Source of the DNA: Promethearchaeati archaeon SRVP18_Atabeyarchaeia-1
Lineage (GTDB): Archaea; Asgardarchaeota; Atabeyarchaeia; Atabeyarchaeales; Atabeyarchaeaceae
Reading direction: 5' to 3'
Assembly (NCBI GenBank): GCA_037308085.1
Contig: CP147779.1
Span: 416,001 to 480,000, forward strand
DNA length: 64,000 bases
In this document: one piece after another, positions 1 through 10,552 of the stretch
Numbering within the stretch: position 1 is the first letter of the stretch
How the letters are laid out: every line of letters starts with the position of its first letter
Position numbers and translations under genes: made by a program
Notes under the pieces: generated by a model
The model's input: only the letters and a program-made list of their open reading frames with translations
Told to the model about the DNA's origin: nothing
Database searches by the model: none

Positions 1-5
1 CAAAC

Positions 6-1421
6 ATGCCACTCAAGAAGATGAACGCTGTTGGATTCTCACTGCAATATGAGATTGACTACGTTAATGTTCTAAGAATGCTTCTGGACTCTCATATACC
101 ACTTCTTTCGAGGGACCGAAGTGAAGAGGATCCACTGATCATCGCTGGCGGACCCTGCGCGACTGGAAACCCCGAACCAATGTCCGATTTCGTTGATGTT
201 TTCACAATAGGGGAGGCTGAGGTAATTCTACCTGGACTCCTAAACCGATTGGCGGAAACCAAGAATCCCAGAGCACATATCTCTGATCTCTTGGATGTAG
301 GGGGATTATACATACCAACGCTGGACCAACGTTCAGTCAGCCGAATCTGGGTCCGGGATCTTGATGTTGCCCCGCACCCAATAAGCCAAGTTATTCCACA
401 TGTCAACGGCAGGAGCAGTTTTTCACCTGTATTTGGAGAGACATTTCTGGCAGAAGCCACGCGGGGTTGCGGACGTGGATGCCGGTTCTGCTACATTGGA
501 CACATCGGGAGACCATTCAGGCAAAGAACCCTGGCCAACATGGAAGATATAATCGAGCGGGGAACTCAACATACTGGAGTCACTAAGGTCTCTTTGATAG
601 GTTCCGGACTTTCGGACCACTCCCATCTAGTTGATCTTTGTGGGTGGATTGTCGACAATCAGAAACTCAGTCTTTCACTTTCCTCTCTTAGAGCAGACGC
701 AACGTCGCAAGAACTACTTGGAATCCTTGCTAGGGGCGGGGAGAGAACGGTGACGATTGCCCCGGAAACCGGATCGGAAACCCTAAGGAGAACCCTAAAC
801 AAGAAGATCACCGACGAAGACATCATGTGCACCGCAAAAGGCGCACTTGAAGCTGGTCTCCGAAACATCAAGTTGTACTTCATGATTGGTTTGCCGGGCG
901 AGGAGGAGCAGGACGTTCAAGAAATCAGCAGGTTGGTTCAGCGTATTGCCAAACTGGGCTACCAATCTAGGTCTATAAGGCTGAGCATAAATCCATTTGT
1001 ACCGAAACCACATACGTCGTTCCAGTGGTTCCCGCAAGCACCTCTGGCTGGCCTTGAATCCAAACTCAAGGCAATCCGGTCCAGCCTCGGTTCGCAGGCA
1101 AAAGTAGACGTAGAAACACTCGATCTGAGATGGGCCAGAATAGAAACCATATTATCCGTGGCGGATCGCACAATCGCCGATGCACTGAAGTATGTTGCAG
1201 AATCGGGTGGAACACTTGGTGCTTGGAGGCGTGCCATGACTAAATATCCAGCCTCATTTTCCCCTAAGAAGCTCTACGACCACAGTCAGAATAGCTTACC
1301 CTGGGGGAAGATCAACGTCGGAATGAATAAGGATTTTCTGAAACAGGAAATGAGCAAATCGCTGAATGGTGAAGAATCCAGTTCATGTTTGGACGGATGC
1401 CTAGCCTGCGGGATCTGCTGA
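6..1421 (+). CDS. Radical SAM protein (B12-binding/TIGR03960-like), probably 5'-truncated by the window edge
   Basis: CxxxCxxC motif (RGCGRGCRFC), IIAGGPCA..NPEP, YFMIGLPGE and PFVPKPHT motifs. Confidence 0.85.
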   Translation: MPLKKMNAVGFSLQYEIDYVNVLRMLLDSHIPLLSRDRSEEDPLIIAGGPCATGNPEPMSDFVDVFTIGEAEVILPGLLNRLAETKNPRAHISDLLDVGGLYIPTLDQRSVSRIWVRDLDVAPHPISQVIPHVNGRSSFSPVFGETFLAEATRGCGRGCRFCYIGHIGRPFRQRTLANMEDIIERGTQHTGVTKVSLIGSGLSDHSHLVDLCGWIVDNQKLSLSLSSLRADATSQELLGILARGGERTVTIAPETGSETLRRTLNKKITDEDIMCTAKGALEAGLRNIKLYFMIGLPGEEEQDVQEISRLVQRIAKLGYQSRSIRLSINPFVPKPHTSFQWFPQAPLAGLESKLKAIRSSLGSQAKVDVETLDLRWARIETILSVADRTIADALKYVAESGGTLGAWRRAMTKYPASFSPKKLYDHSQNSLPWGKINVGMNKDFLKQEMSKSLNGEESSSCLDGCLACGIC

Positions 1422-1496
1422 ATCATTTGTGGAACAGCATGACGATTCAACAGAAAAATAGATTAAACAAGTTGTGCGTAATTTGTTAGCAGCGAA

Positions 1497-1883
1497 GTGG
1501 CTAGAATGGAATTCGAAAATAGGGAGTTCAGGAGAAAATTCCCACATCTTTACGAGGAACTCGGAGAACCCGAAGAAGAAGATTCGATTCGCCCAATCGA
1601 CCAAGACAAGAATCCCCTATTGGCCGGCGATTGCACAAGTGAAGTGATTTCTTACTTAAGACGCGCCCGTACAGACGATGAGGCACTGGAAGTAATCAGT
1701 TACCTGAAGGGAAGGGGAGAGATCTTGGAAGAACAAGCTAGTGACTTGAGAAGACAGATCGAGGAAAGAGGAGTAAGATCCTTCGGCGATCTCGAGACAT
1801 GGGGACACTACGAAAAGGAGTTCAGAAAGAAGACAAAGAAAGACACCAACGAGGAAGAAAAGGAAGATCAGCCCGTTGATTAG
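1497..1883 (+). CDS. DUF2095-like archaeal protein
   Basis: EFRRKFPHLYEEL, EALEVISYL..RGEI, GVRSFG..WGHY pattern typical of this family. Confidence 0.7.
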   Translation: MARMEFENREFRRKFPHLYEELGEPEEEDSIRPIDQDKNPLLAGDCTSEVISYLRRARTDDEALEVISYLKGRGEILEEQASDLRRQIEERGVRSFGDLETWGHYEKEFRKKTKKDTNEEEKEDQPVD

Positions 1884-1962
1884 GACCCTGAAGTAGCCAC
1901 GCGGGGTCTCGATTCCCTGAGCTACCCGTATCAGCAAACGAAGAATAGGGAGGTTCTTTGGC

Positions 1963-3177
1963 GTGGCGGGTATCGGTATAGTCGGAAAGCCAGCCTCTGG
2001 AAAGACAACTTTGACAAATGCAGCTTGCATGACCTCTTACAAAGTGACGGGTGTACCTTTTACAACAATTGACGCACAGTTTGGGGTCACATACGTCAGA
2101 GTCAAGTGCTGTTGCAAGGAGCTTGGTGTCAAAGACAACCCAAGAAATTCAAAATGTATCGATGGCGTAAGGTATGTCCCTGTAAAGCTTGTTGATGTCG
2201 CGGGCCTTATACCTGGAAGTCACACGGGCAAGGGCCTAGGTAACCAATTCCTGACTGACATGGCTGAACAATCCTCGGCGCTTATCCAGGTTGTCGACGC
2301 TTCAGGTTCCTCCGATTTCGAAGGCAAGATGGTTGGACCTGGAACACATGACCCTGTCGAAGATGTGAAATTTCTTGAACAGGAAATAGACCTCTGGCTA
2401 CTTGATATCATAAAGAGGGATTGGGCTAAAATCGCGGCGAGGGCTGAGGGCGAAAGAAAACCTTTAGCGCCTCTCTTGCTAGAGAAGCTTTCTGGTTTGG
2501 GTATCACAATGTCACAAGTTGCGGAGGCTATGGCAAAAACAGGGCTAAAAACTGAACGTCCAAAGTCCATAGGTGAGAGGGAGCTGCAGAACTTGGCTTC
2601 ATCTCTGAGGAGAATAGCTAAACCTATGTTGATAGCTGCCAACAAGATCGATATCAAGTCTGCCGACTCAAATCTTGTTCGCATGAGAGAGCTTCTAAAA
2701 GACTACTTTGTGATTCCAACGTGCGGACTCGGGGAATATGCCCTCAGAAAGCTCAGTGACAACGGAATCATAGCATACAACCCAGGCGACATAGACTTCA
2801 GAATACTTGAACCGGAAAAGATCTCAGAAAAAGAAAAGGAGTCTTTGACCAGATTAAAGAAGGAGGTTCTCCAGAAATATGGCTCTACTGGGGTTCAGGA
2901 TGCAATCGACAAAGCCGTCTTCGGGCTACTGAAGATGATCTACGTATTTCCAGTAGAGGATCAGAACAGCTTCACCGACCACGAAGGAAGAGTCTTGCCT
3001 GATGTATTCTTGGCTCCACTCGGAACCACCCCCAAGGAGCTGGCATACATGATACACACGGACCTTGGTGAGACCTATGCCGGAGCCATCGACGCGAAAC
3101 GGAAAACGAGAGTAAGAGAGGACTACCAGCTAAAGAATGGTGATGTTATCAAGATCATAGCTGCGGGAGCAAAGTGA
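1963..3177 (+). CDS. ychF: Obg-family YchF-like ATPase/GTPase with C-terminal TGS domain
   Basis: GIVGKPASGKTT, PFTTID, DVAGLIPG, GLGNQFL, ANKID, TGS tail. Confidence 0.9.
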   Translation: MAGIGIVGKPASGKTTLTNAACMTSYKVTGVPFTTIDAQFGVTYVRVKCCCKELGVKDNPRNSKCIDGVRYVPVKLVDVAGLIPGSHTGKGLGNQFLTDMAEQSSALIQVVDASGSSDFEGKMVGPGTHDPVEDVKFLEQEIDLWLLDIIKRDWAKIAARAEGERKPLAPLLLEKLSGLGITMSQVAEAMAKTGLKTERPKSIGERELQNLASSLRRIAKPMLIAANKIDIKSADSNLVRMRELLKDYFVIPTCGLGEYALRKLSDNGIIAYNPGDIDFRILEPEKISEKEKESLTRLKKEVLQKYGSTGVQDAIDKAVFGLLKMIYVFPVEDQNSFTDHEGRVLPDVFLAPLGTTPKELAYMIHTDLGETYAGAIDAKRKTRVREDYQLKNGDVIKIIAAGAK

Positions 3178-3273
3178 AACATGCTCCGAACTGGCAGGTC
3201 TAAGGCAACATAAGCTTTAATATGAGTTGACGTAAAGTTCAAATCCGAGTCAGAAGTCAGCGGAGGAAAACCA

Positions 3274-4635
3274 ATGAAAATCGTCGTAATTGGTGCTGGG
3301 GCTGCTGGAACTAGCGCCGCACTGGAGACTAGGAAAGTGAACAGGGAAGCGGAGGTCACTGTGATAAACAGCGAGGAATATCCAGAGTACTCAAGGTGCG
3401 GTTTGCCTTATGCAGTCTCAGGGCACATCCCTAAATTCGAAAACCTGATACTTCATGATGAAGGCTGGTATGACAAGTTTGGAAAAGTAAAGCTAATGCT
3501 CAGATCAGAAGTGACCGAAATCGTTCCGAGCTCGAATTTGGTGAAGGTAAGACATGAAGGTGGGGCAGAAGAAGAGCTACAATACGACTCCCTTATAATA
3601 GCCACAGGCTCGAAGCCAAGCTCTCCGCCAATCCTAGGCTTGAACAAGAAGGGAATACTCAGTCTGAGGACGATTGGCGATGGCAAGAATATAATGACTG
3701 CAGGGGCTCGTGGAAAAAAGGCTATCGTTGTCGGCGCCGGACTGATCGGCTTGGAACTTGCCGAGGCGCTGCACGCAAGAGGCGCACACGTCACGGTTAT
3801 CGAGTTTCTGCCGAACGTCCTACTTGCAATGGTCGACGAAGATATTGCCGATGTAGTAAGAAAGAAAATCGAGGAGGCGGGCGTGAAGCTTCTACTGAAT
3901 ACTAAGGTCGACGAAGCCATTGGCCAGGACAGGGTTCAGGGGGTTGTGGCGACTAACCGCCAGACAAATCAAAAGATAACTGTCGAAGCAGACATCCTTG
4001 TACTCGCTGCAGGCATAAAACCGGATACGACACTCGCTGAGAAATCAGGGGTTGCGCTTGGGCCCGCAAAAGCAATCAAAGTCGACGAGCACATGAGAAC
4101 CAACATAAAGGGTATTTACTCTGCAGGCGAATGCACTGAGTACCTTGATTTCATTACAGGCACCCCAGTCAGAGTAGGATTAGGTACAATCGCAGTAAGG
4201 CAAGGCAAAGTGGCCGGCATAAACGCGGCTGGAGGCAATGCGACGATGGAGCCACTACTAAATACTAGGGTAACAGAGCTGTTTGGACTCGAGATCGCTG
4301 GCGTTGGACCTCTATCAGAAGCAGCCACCAAGGCCGGAATCAAACTAATTACAGGCAAGTTCAGAGGATCTACTCTTCCTGAATACATGCCGGACGGGAA
4401 GGAGATTGTCGTCAAGGTTTTGGCTAACGAACAGGGTAAGATCGTTGGAGCACAGATCGTCGGTGAGGAGCAAGTTGCACAAAGAATAAATGTCTTCGCA
4501 GCGGCCATCTTGAAGGGAACCACCGTTGAAGAATTCTCAATGCTGGAGACATGCTATGCTCCGCCAATTGCACCTACCTGGGACTCTATTACTATTGCTG
4601 CGGAGTCTGTGGCGAAAAAACTGAAAAGAAGATAG
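3274..4635 (+). CDS. NADH oxidase / CoA-disulfide reductase family flavoprotein
   Basis: Two GxGxxG motifs, YSRCGLPY active-site Cys, C-terminal YAPP dimerisation motif. Confidence 0.9.
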   Translation: MKIVVIGAGAAGTSAALETRKVNREAEVTVINSEEYPEYSRCGLPYAVSGHIPKFENLILHDEGWYDKFGKVKLMLRSEVTEIVPSSNLVKVRHEGGAEEELQYDSLIIATGSKPSSPPILGLNKKGILSLRTIGDGKNIMTAGARGKKAIVVGAGLIGLELAEALHARGAHVTVIEFLPNVLLAMVDEDIADVVRKKIEEAGVKLLLNTKVDEAIGQDRVQGVVATNRQTNQKITVEADILVLAAGIKPDTTLAEKSGVALGPAKAIKVDEHMRTNIKGIYSAGECTEYLDFITGTPVRVGLGTIAVRQGKVAGINAAGGNATMEPLLNTRVTELFGLEIAGVGPLSEAATKAGIKLITGKFRGSTLPEYMPDGKEIVVKVLANEQGKIVGAQIVGEEQVAQRINVFAAAILKGTTVEEFSMLETCYAPPIAPTWDSITIAAESVAKKLKRR

Positions 4636-4639
4636 AGAC

Positions 4640-5602
4640 CTATTTTCCTCCTGCCCCTTTCTTTTTAAAGGCCTCTATTATTTTCGTTGAGATTATCTCA
4701 CCAGCCGCCTCCTGAGCCTCAGCGGTTTGGGCGCCTATATGTGGTGTACAGACCACTTTTGGCGATTTCACTAAGTCGAGACTCTTTGGAGGTTCATCCT
4801 CGAAGACATCTAATCCGGCGCCACCGATTCTGCCATCATTAATCGCCTTTAGTAGCGCAGACTCATCTATCACTCCCCCTCGAGATGCGTTTACTATTAC
4901 TGCACCCTTCTTCATTAGGGAGAATTCCTTGTCTCCAAACATATGATGAGTCTCAGGCGAGGAGGGAACATGGACTGTAACGAAGTCTGACAGTCTCATT
5001 AGCTTCTCGAGTGCACTTCGATCCGCTCCTGAAGCTTCAACGCCGATCCCTGCGGCGCCGGTCAATGAGGAGGGCGAGACGTCATATGCCAAGACCTTCA
5101 TTTCAAATGCAATCGCTCGCTTCGCGACCTCTTTGCCTATTCTTCCAAATCCTACGATTCCCAGAGTTTTCCCCCTCAACTCGGAGCCATTGAGACTCTG
5201 TTTGATCCATTTCCCTTGTTTTAGAGCTGCGTCAGCAATGTTAATGCTCCGCGCTATCGAAAGCATAAAACCGATAACTAGCTCCGCAACTGATACCGAT
5301 GGGGCTTCTGGTGAGTTCAACACGGTGATGTTTCTGGCCTTTGCCGCATTCACATCGACGTTGTCCAAGCCGACACCGGTCCGCGCAATCACTTTCAGCC
5401 TCGACCCAGCCTGTATAACCTGTGCCGTGACTTTCGTCCTGGATCTCACTATCAAAGCATCGAAATCTCCTATGGTTTTCATAATCGCATCCTGGTCCAG
5501 CTCTCTTGAAACCACTTCAAAACCTGCATCAGTCAGATTCTTGATGGCCGCACTGCTAATAGGGTCATTGACCAATATTCTAACCTTGTATTTCTTACTC
5601 AA
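4640..5602 (-). CDS. D-3-phosphoglycerate dehydrogenase-like 2-hydroxyacid dehydrogenase (no ACT domain)
   Basis: RTGVGLDNVD, GFGRIG, NASRGGVIDE, LDVFEDEP, TPHIGAQT. Confidence 0.88.
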   Translation of the reverse strand: MSKKYKVRILVNDPISSAAIKNLTDAGFEVVSRELDQDAIMKTIGDFDALIVRSRTKVTAQVIQAGSRLKVIARTGVGLDNVDVNAAKARNITVLNSPEAPSVSVAELVIGFMLSIARSINIADAALKQGKWIKQSLNGSELRGKTLGIVGFGRIGKEVAKRAIAFEMKVLAYDVSPSSLTGAAGIGVEASGADRSALEKLMRLSDFVTVHVPSSPETHHMFGDKEFSLMKKGAVIVNASRGGVIDESALLKAINDGRIGGAGLDVFEDEPPKSLDLVKSPKVVCTPHIGAQTAEAQEAAGEIISTKIIEAFKKKGAGGK

Positions 5603-5739
5603 GGCAAGTCACCACCGGTTGAAACTTGTTCACAAGTTGGTTTTAAGTTTACTTATAGGGCACCCGCTGGACTTAAAAGAGAAAAATTTAAGTGTAAAAG
5701 ACTGTTGTAAACTTTAACACCGTTCCGTAGATCATTTCT

Positions 5740-5808
5740 AGGGGACGATTTCTTCGGAAGTCTGCAGTGGGACAACGCAACAGCGAGCCGGGTAAGGGCT
5801 GAACCCCG
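5740..5808 (+). promoter_or_regulatory. Candidate structured leader of rpl15e (K-turn-like)
   Basis: GGGG-ACGA ... CTGA-A-CCCC closing stem directly upstream of rpl15e. Confidence 0.4.
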
Positions 5809-5825
5809 CAAGGTGAGGAAGCAGT

Positions 5826-6416
5826 TTGACTTCGATATATGAGCATATGGAGAAACGCTGGAGAAACCGCGAAAACGATCCAGAGTACAAGAAGCTGACA
5901 TGGGAGCGTCTGATTAAGTGGAGACGCGAACATACGGTAACACGAGTCGACAGACCGACGAGACTGGACCGCGCTAGAAGGCTTGGATACAAGGCTAAAC
6001 AAGGCTACATAATTGCCCGAGTCAGAACCAGAAGAGGATCGCTCAACAGAATAAGACCTGTAGCGGGGAGAAGACCAACAAAGCTCGGTGTGAATCGCAT
6101 CACGTTGAGCAAGAACTACCGATGGGTGGCGGAAGAGAAAGCTGCGAGGAGATTCCCGAACCTCACAGTTCTGAATTCATATTATGTTGCCGAAGACGGT
6201 AGATATAAGTGGCATGAGGTAGTCTTGGTCGACCCGCATCATCCAGTCATCATAAGGGACCCAAATATCAACTGGGTATGTAATCCCATTCACCAAAGCA
6301 GAGTTTTTAGGGGACTCACGAGTGCCGGAAAGAAGTCTCGGGGACTGAGGAGAAAAGGCTTGGGTGCCGAGAAGGTAAGACCATCACTGCTCGCCCATGG
6401 GCACCGTGCCAAGTGA
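5826..6416 (+). CDS. rpl15e: 50S ribosomal protein L15e
   Basis: [35 protein letters not shown]. Confidence 0.97.
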   Translation: MTSIYEHMEKRWRNRENDPEYKKLTWERLIKWRREHTVTRVDRPTRLDRARRLGYKAKQGYIIARVRTRRGSLNRIRPVAGRRPTKLGVNRITLSKNYRWVAEEKAARRFPNLTVLNSYYVAEDGRYKWHEVVLVDPHHPVIIRDPNINWVCNPIHQSRVFRGLTSAGKKSRGLRRKGLGAEKVRPSLLAHGHRAK

Positions 6417-6496
6417 AGTTAGAACAAGTCGCCTTACCTCAGCTTCACACGTCAAAAACTGGATCTATCCGTTTTCAGACAGGGTAGTGGATAGTA

Positions 6497-6952
6497 TTGA
6501 GCGAGATACACGTTACAGAAATCAGTATGGAAGTTTTCAGCCACGCCACCGAAGAACCGTCAAAGGTGCTGAAGGCATTGTTCTCGGTGGTACCGGCCAA
6601 TTGTAGAAGCAAACTAGATGTTAAGGAAGAAGCGGTTAGAGGATACTTCAGGAATCCAATAATCATCTATCGTGCGAAGTTGCCGAGGAGGCAAGAGGCA
6701 GAGGACACCTTCTCAATGCTCGCGCAAGGGGTAATAGACGACGACAAGGTCCGTCTAGGCAAGGAAATTGAGCGCCGAATAGACGATTCGGGCAAGCTGT
6801 TTCTTCGACTCGATAAGCAAGCCGCATATATGGGAGAGATTGCAGTACGACAGGACGATGATACGATCAAGATGACAATTCGCTTTACAGGCTATCCGGC
6901 CAGAAAAGACAGGATAATCAATACTTGCAGAGAAACCGGGCTAATCCGGTGA
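6497..6952 (+). CDS. DUF54 family RNA-binding protein
   Basis: HATEE..KV, G.F.NPI, LFLRLDKQAAY; usual neighbour of rpl15e. Confidence 0.85.
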   Translation: MSEIHVTEISMEVFSHATEEPSKVLKALFSVVPANCRSKLDVKEEAVRGYFRNPIIIYRAKLPRRQEAEDTFSMLAQGVIDDDKVRLGKEIERRIDDSGKLFLRLDKQAAYMGEIAVRQDDDTIKMTIRFTGYPARKDRIINTCRETGLIR

Positions 6953-7096
6953 AGGGCTTGCCAGAAGGACAGGATTCTGACACTTTTCAAAGAGATTCTG
7001 TTTCGACTCTACGGATTAGTACGGGGATTCAGGTTCCAACCATACGGGAGACAGTCACCTTATTTGCATAATCGCGGCTGAATGAGCTGAACAATC

Positions 7097-7450
7097 ATGA
7101 AAACCGTCAGGAGCCGATACATCGCATTCGAAATGCAGAAACAATCAGGAGTTTACCCGACCAGATCCTCGTTTATCGAAGCAATCATAGGCAGATTGAG
7201 GCTGGCAAAAGATCAACCGGTGGGGTTGAGGTTTAGAATTGTCGAATATGATTATCCAAGGTTCAAAGGGATCGTAAAGACAACGCCCCACACTGCCGTA
7301 GAATGGATGAAGGCTCTCCTTGGATCTGTCAACGAGATCTGTGGCTGGCAGGTGACAATACGCGTTCTGGGAACAAGTGGAACCCTGAAAGCGCTCAGAG
7401 AGAAATACCTAGATGGGCACAAATTAACCAAAAATGATAAGAGTAGCTGA
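7097..7450 (+). CDS. rnp2: RNase P protein Pop5/Rpp14
   Basis: R.RYIAF N-terminus, VLGTSGTLKALREKYL C-terminus; synteny. Confidence 0.85.
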   Translation: MKTVRSRYIAFEMQKQSGVYPTRSSFIEAIIGRLRLAKDQPVGLRFRIVEYDYPRFKGIVKTTPHTAVEWMKALLGSVNEICGWQVTIRVLGTSGTLKALREKYLDGHKLTKNDKSS

Positions 7451-7465
7451 ATGAATATATCATCC

Positions 7466-7535
7466 GAGAGGGATGAGCCGGCCGTCCCATTGTGAGCTTT
7501 CGAGCGATGAGCACCCCGCGACGAAGTGACCTCTC
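7466..7535 (+). ncRNA. Candidate box C/D guide sRNA
   Basis: Terminal stem GAGAGG/CCTCTC; GGATGA (C), GTGA (D'), CGATGA (C'), GTGA (D) with about 14-15 nt spacers. Confidence 0.6.
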
Positions 7536-7699
7536 ATTTATCTCTTCTTCTGGTCTAGCGTGATGCCGACTCCATTTTGCCTCCCCAAGTCCTCATAACG
7601 AAGATTGAGCTGGCGACTAGAAAGATTTATCTCATTGTCGGAGCAACAGAAAAGCCAACTTGATTCGGACTTCTCACAAGCAGGAAAGCAGTTTCGTGC

Positions 7700-8089
7700 G
7701 TGATGCGGATGGGCAAAGAGAACTATTCTGAGTCCAGAGGAAGAGTCACGGTGAGAACGTTGATTCCGCCTGTTGCGGTAGCGTTCTTTTCGATGTTGTT
7801 TGTACTTTTGCTCACCTTGTTTCCTAGCTTTCGCAACATTTTCAGCCCTAGCGCCACAAAGATTGTCATAGTCTTTCTGATGTGGCTCTTCTTCGCGTCA
7901 ACGCTGGTCACCCTCGCAGACTTTAGAGAGATGCAGGGAACCATTTCAGGGTGGTTAGATGTCTTAGTTATAATACTCCTTGAGGGTCTGCTGGGCTACT
8001 TGGTTTTTGCCGACCTCCTGTATGTCTCGATACTGGTCGTATTGTGTGGCCTATTCGTTGCATATGTGAGCTTCGCCCAACGCGACTGA
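7700..8089 (+). CDS. Small multi-pass membrane protein, unknown function
   Basis: Four hydrophobic segments in 129 aa. Confidence 0.6.
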   Translation: MMRMGKENYSESRGRVTVRTLIPPVAVAFFSMLFVLLLTLFPSFRNIFSPSATKIVIVFLMWLFFASTLVTLADFREMQGTISGWLDVLVIILLEGLLGYLVFADLLYVSILVVLCGLFVAYVSFAQRD

Positions 8090-8288
8090 CAGCGAATAAG
8101 GTCGGAAACGACTGTTTTATATGCGTGAGTTCAGTATCAGAGCTATGCAGTCGCTAACTGCAATTTGAATTTGAGAGGAGGGAAAGAAATAAGAATAAAG
8201 ATGGGTTTCTTTCCCTCCCGCAAAGCACCTTGTACAATGGAACATTTCGCATTCATCTGTTTACGGAAGTCAGTCTTCAGGAGGATAG

Positions 8289-9014
8289 TTGTCTTTGTTT
8301 GCTCCACCTGGTACCGGCTATGACAGAGCAATAACAGTGTTCAGCCCCGATGGCAGATTGTTCCAAGTTGAGTACGCACTTGAAGCCGTTCGACGAGGGA
8401 CAACGGCGATAGGCATCAAAAGCAACCAAGGAGTTGTCCTTGCTGTCGAGAAGAACGTACTGCGCCTGCAAGAACCCGAGAGCGTTGAAAAGGTTTTCAT
8501 GGTAGATGACCACGTTGGGGCGGCCATAGCTGGGCTGACAGCCGACGCAAGAGTTCTTGTGGATCAAGCGAGGCTAATCGCGCAGATAAATCGCCTAACT
8601 TACGATGAAGCGATTGGAATAGAGGCGCTAGCCAGGCAGATCGGCGACTACAAGCAATGGTGTACTCAACACGCGGGTATACGCCCGTTCGGTGTGTCGT
8701 TCCTGATTGCGGGCATAGATGACCTGGGAACCCACCTGTATCTGACTGACCCAAGTGGAACGTACTGGAGTTACAAGGCGGGGGCAATAGGGGCGGGCGG
8801 GCAAACCGCAAGAGAGATTCTTCAAAAGGAATACAAAGACGATATTTCGCTAGATGGATGCATCGAATTGGCTGTAAAGATCCTCTCGAAAGTAATCGAA
8901 GAGAATTTTGACCCTTCGAAAGTGGAAGTCGCGGTAATAAAGAAGGAAATTCGAAAATTCGGGTATCTCTCAATTGAAGAGATAAAGGAATACATGAAAA
9001 AGTTTAAGGAGTGA
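8289..9014 (+). CDS. psmA: Proteasome alpha subunit
   Basis: YDRAITVFSPDGRLFQVEYA signature, RPFGVSFL. Confidence 0.97.
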   Translation: MSLFAPPGTGYDRAITVFSPDGRLFQVEYALEAVRRGTTAIGIKSNQGVVLAVEKNVLRLQEPESVEKVFMVDDHVGAAIAGLTADARVLVDQARLIAQINRLTYDEAIGIEALARQIGDYKQWCTQHAGIRPFGVSFLIAGIDDLGTHLYLTDPSGTYWSYKAGAIGAGGQTAREILQKEYKDDISLDGCIELAVKILSKVIEENFDPSKVEVAVIKKEIRKFGYLSIEEIKEYMKKFKE

Positions 9015-9063
9015 GCTGTAGTCTATCGAAGTTCTACGGCTGCAGCGCCAACGGACGGGGTTT

Positions 9064-9786
9064 TTGATGGGCACTTCAATGCATGGAGAGAAGTGGGTTG
9101 ATCTAGGTAATGCCGTAGTAGCACGCCTAGAAACCAAAGGTTCGAGGTTCGAGGTACTTGTCGACCCAGATAAGGCGCTCGAGTTCAAGAAAGGCGGAAA
9201 CATCGATATTAGGGACGTATTAATGGGTTACGTCATATTCGAGGATGCCCACAGAGGTAAGAAAGCCCCTGAAGAGAAACTGAAGGTTGCTTTCGAGACT
9301 GACGACATATTCACAATTGCGTCGCTTATAATCAGGAGTGGTGAGGTCCAGCTCACAGCTGAGCAACGAAAAAGCATGATCGAGGAGAAGAAGAAGAGGA
9401 TTATTCACATCATATCGAGGAATTCCATAAATCCGCAGACAGGGCTTCCACATCCTCCTGCAAGGATCGAGGCTGCCATAGAGGAGGCAAAGGTACCGAT
9501 CAATCCATTTAGAGATCCAGATGAACAGGCCAAGGAAGTCGTTGAAGCTTTGAGGCCAATTCTGCCGATAAGAATGGAGACTACCAAGCTGGCCGTTAAG
9601 ATCCCTCCTCCTTATTCCGCCAAGGGGTACAGCATAATAGAGAGGTTTGGAACAATCACCAAGGACGAGTGGGGGACGGACGGGTCATGGATTTGTGTAA
9701 TTGAAATACCTGCAGGGCTTCGAGTAGAGTTCATAGAGAGAGTTAATGGTTTCACCAAAGGTAAAGCGCAAGTCAAGACGATTTAG
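9064..9786 (+). CDS. Ribosome maturation factor SBDS/Sdo1 (start may be 9079)
   Basis: RFEVLVDP, GEVQLTAEQR, NPQTGLPHPPARIE. Confidence 0.95.
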   Translation: MMGTSMHGEKWVDLGNAVVARLETKGSRFEVLVDPDKALEFKKGGNIDIRDVLMGYVIFEDAHRGKKAPEEKLKVAFETDDIFTIASLIIRSGEVQLTAEQRKSMIEEKKKRIIHIISRNSINPQTGLPHPPARIEAAIEEAKVPINPFRDPDEQAKEVVEALRPILPIRMETTKLAVKIPPPYSAKGYSIIERFGTITKDEWGTDGSWICVIEIPAGLRVEFIERVNGFTKGKAQVKTI

Positions 9787-9841
9787 ATGATTCATTGTAA
9801 GGTGCTATTGGCTACTTCATAATTTAAGGGAGGTCGGGTTT

Positions 9842-10552
9842 TTGAGTGTTAGCTTCGAGAAACACCAGATTGTCGTTCCAGGCGAGTTGCTCGCCGTTGG
9901 AAAGAAATTCAGGCTCGGGACGGGCACATTCAGAGAAGGCGACAAGTTGTTTGCCTCTATAGTAGGACTCGCGGAGATCGGTGGCGATTTGATCCAAGTG
10001 GTTCCCCTGGAGGGAGTCTACATCCCGAAGATCGGTGACGACGTCATAGGCAAAATTGTCAATGTTACACTATCTTCGTGGAGAGTTGATATCAAATCAC
10101 CTTACTACGCTGTTCTTCAAGCATCCAATTTCCTACAGAGAAGGACCGACGTGGTCATGGATGACCTTAGGAAATACCTGGATATCGGAGACGCAGTCTT
10201 CGTGAATGTAGTGGAATTTGACAGAACAAGCCCACCAATGGTATCAGCCAGGGACAAGGGTTTCGGCAAATTGAAGGGTGGCACGATACTTGATGTCCTG
10301 CCAGCCAAGATCCCCAGGTTGATTGGTCGAGGGGGATCCATGATAAACATGATAAAGGATGAAACCAAGTGCAGGATCCTGGTCGGACAGAATGGAAGAG
10401 TCTGGATATCAGGTGAAAAATTCGAGATTGAAGATCTCGTTGTAAGAGTTGTGAGAAGGATCGAGCGTGAAGCTCATACATCAGGTTTGACTGATAGAGT
10501 GAAGGAAATGATCAAAACAGAAATGGCTACCACAGGAGGTTCAAAGAGTTGA
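9842..10552 (+). CDS. rrp4: Exosome RNA-binding subunit Rrp4
   Basis: [16 protein letters not shown] (S1), KH motif [19 protein letters not shown]. Confidence 0.95.
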   Translation: MSVSFEKHQIVVPGELLAVGKKFRLGTGTFREGDKLFASIVGLAEIGGDLIQVVPLEGVYIPKIGDDVIGKIVNVTLSSWRVDIKSPYYAVLQASNFLQRRTDVVMDDLRKYLDIGDAVFVNVVEFDRTSPPMVSARDKGFGKLKGGTILDVLPAKIPRLIGRGGSMINMIKDETKCRILVGQNGRVWISGEKFEIEDLVVRVVRRIEREAHTSGLTDRVKEMIKTEMATTGGSKS

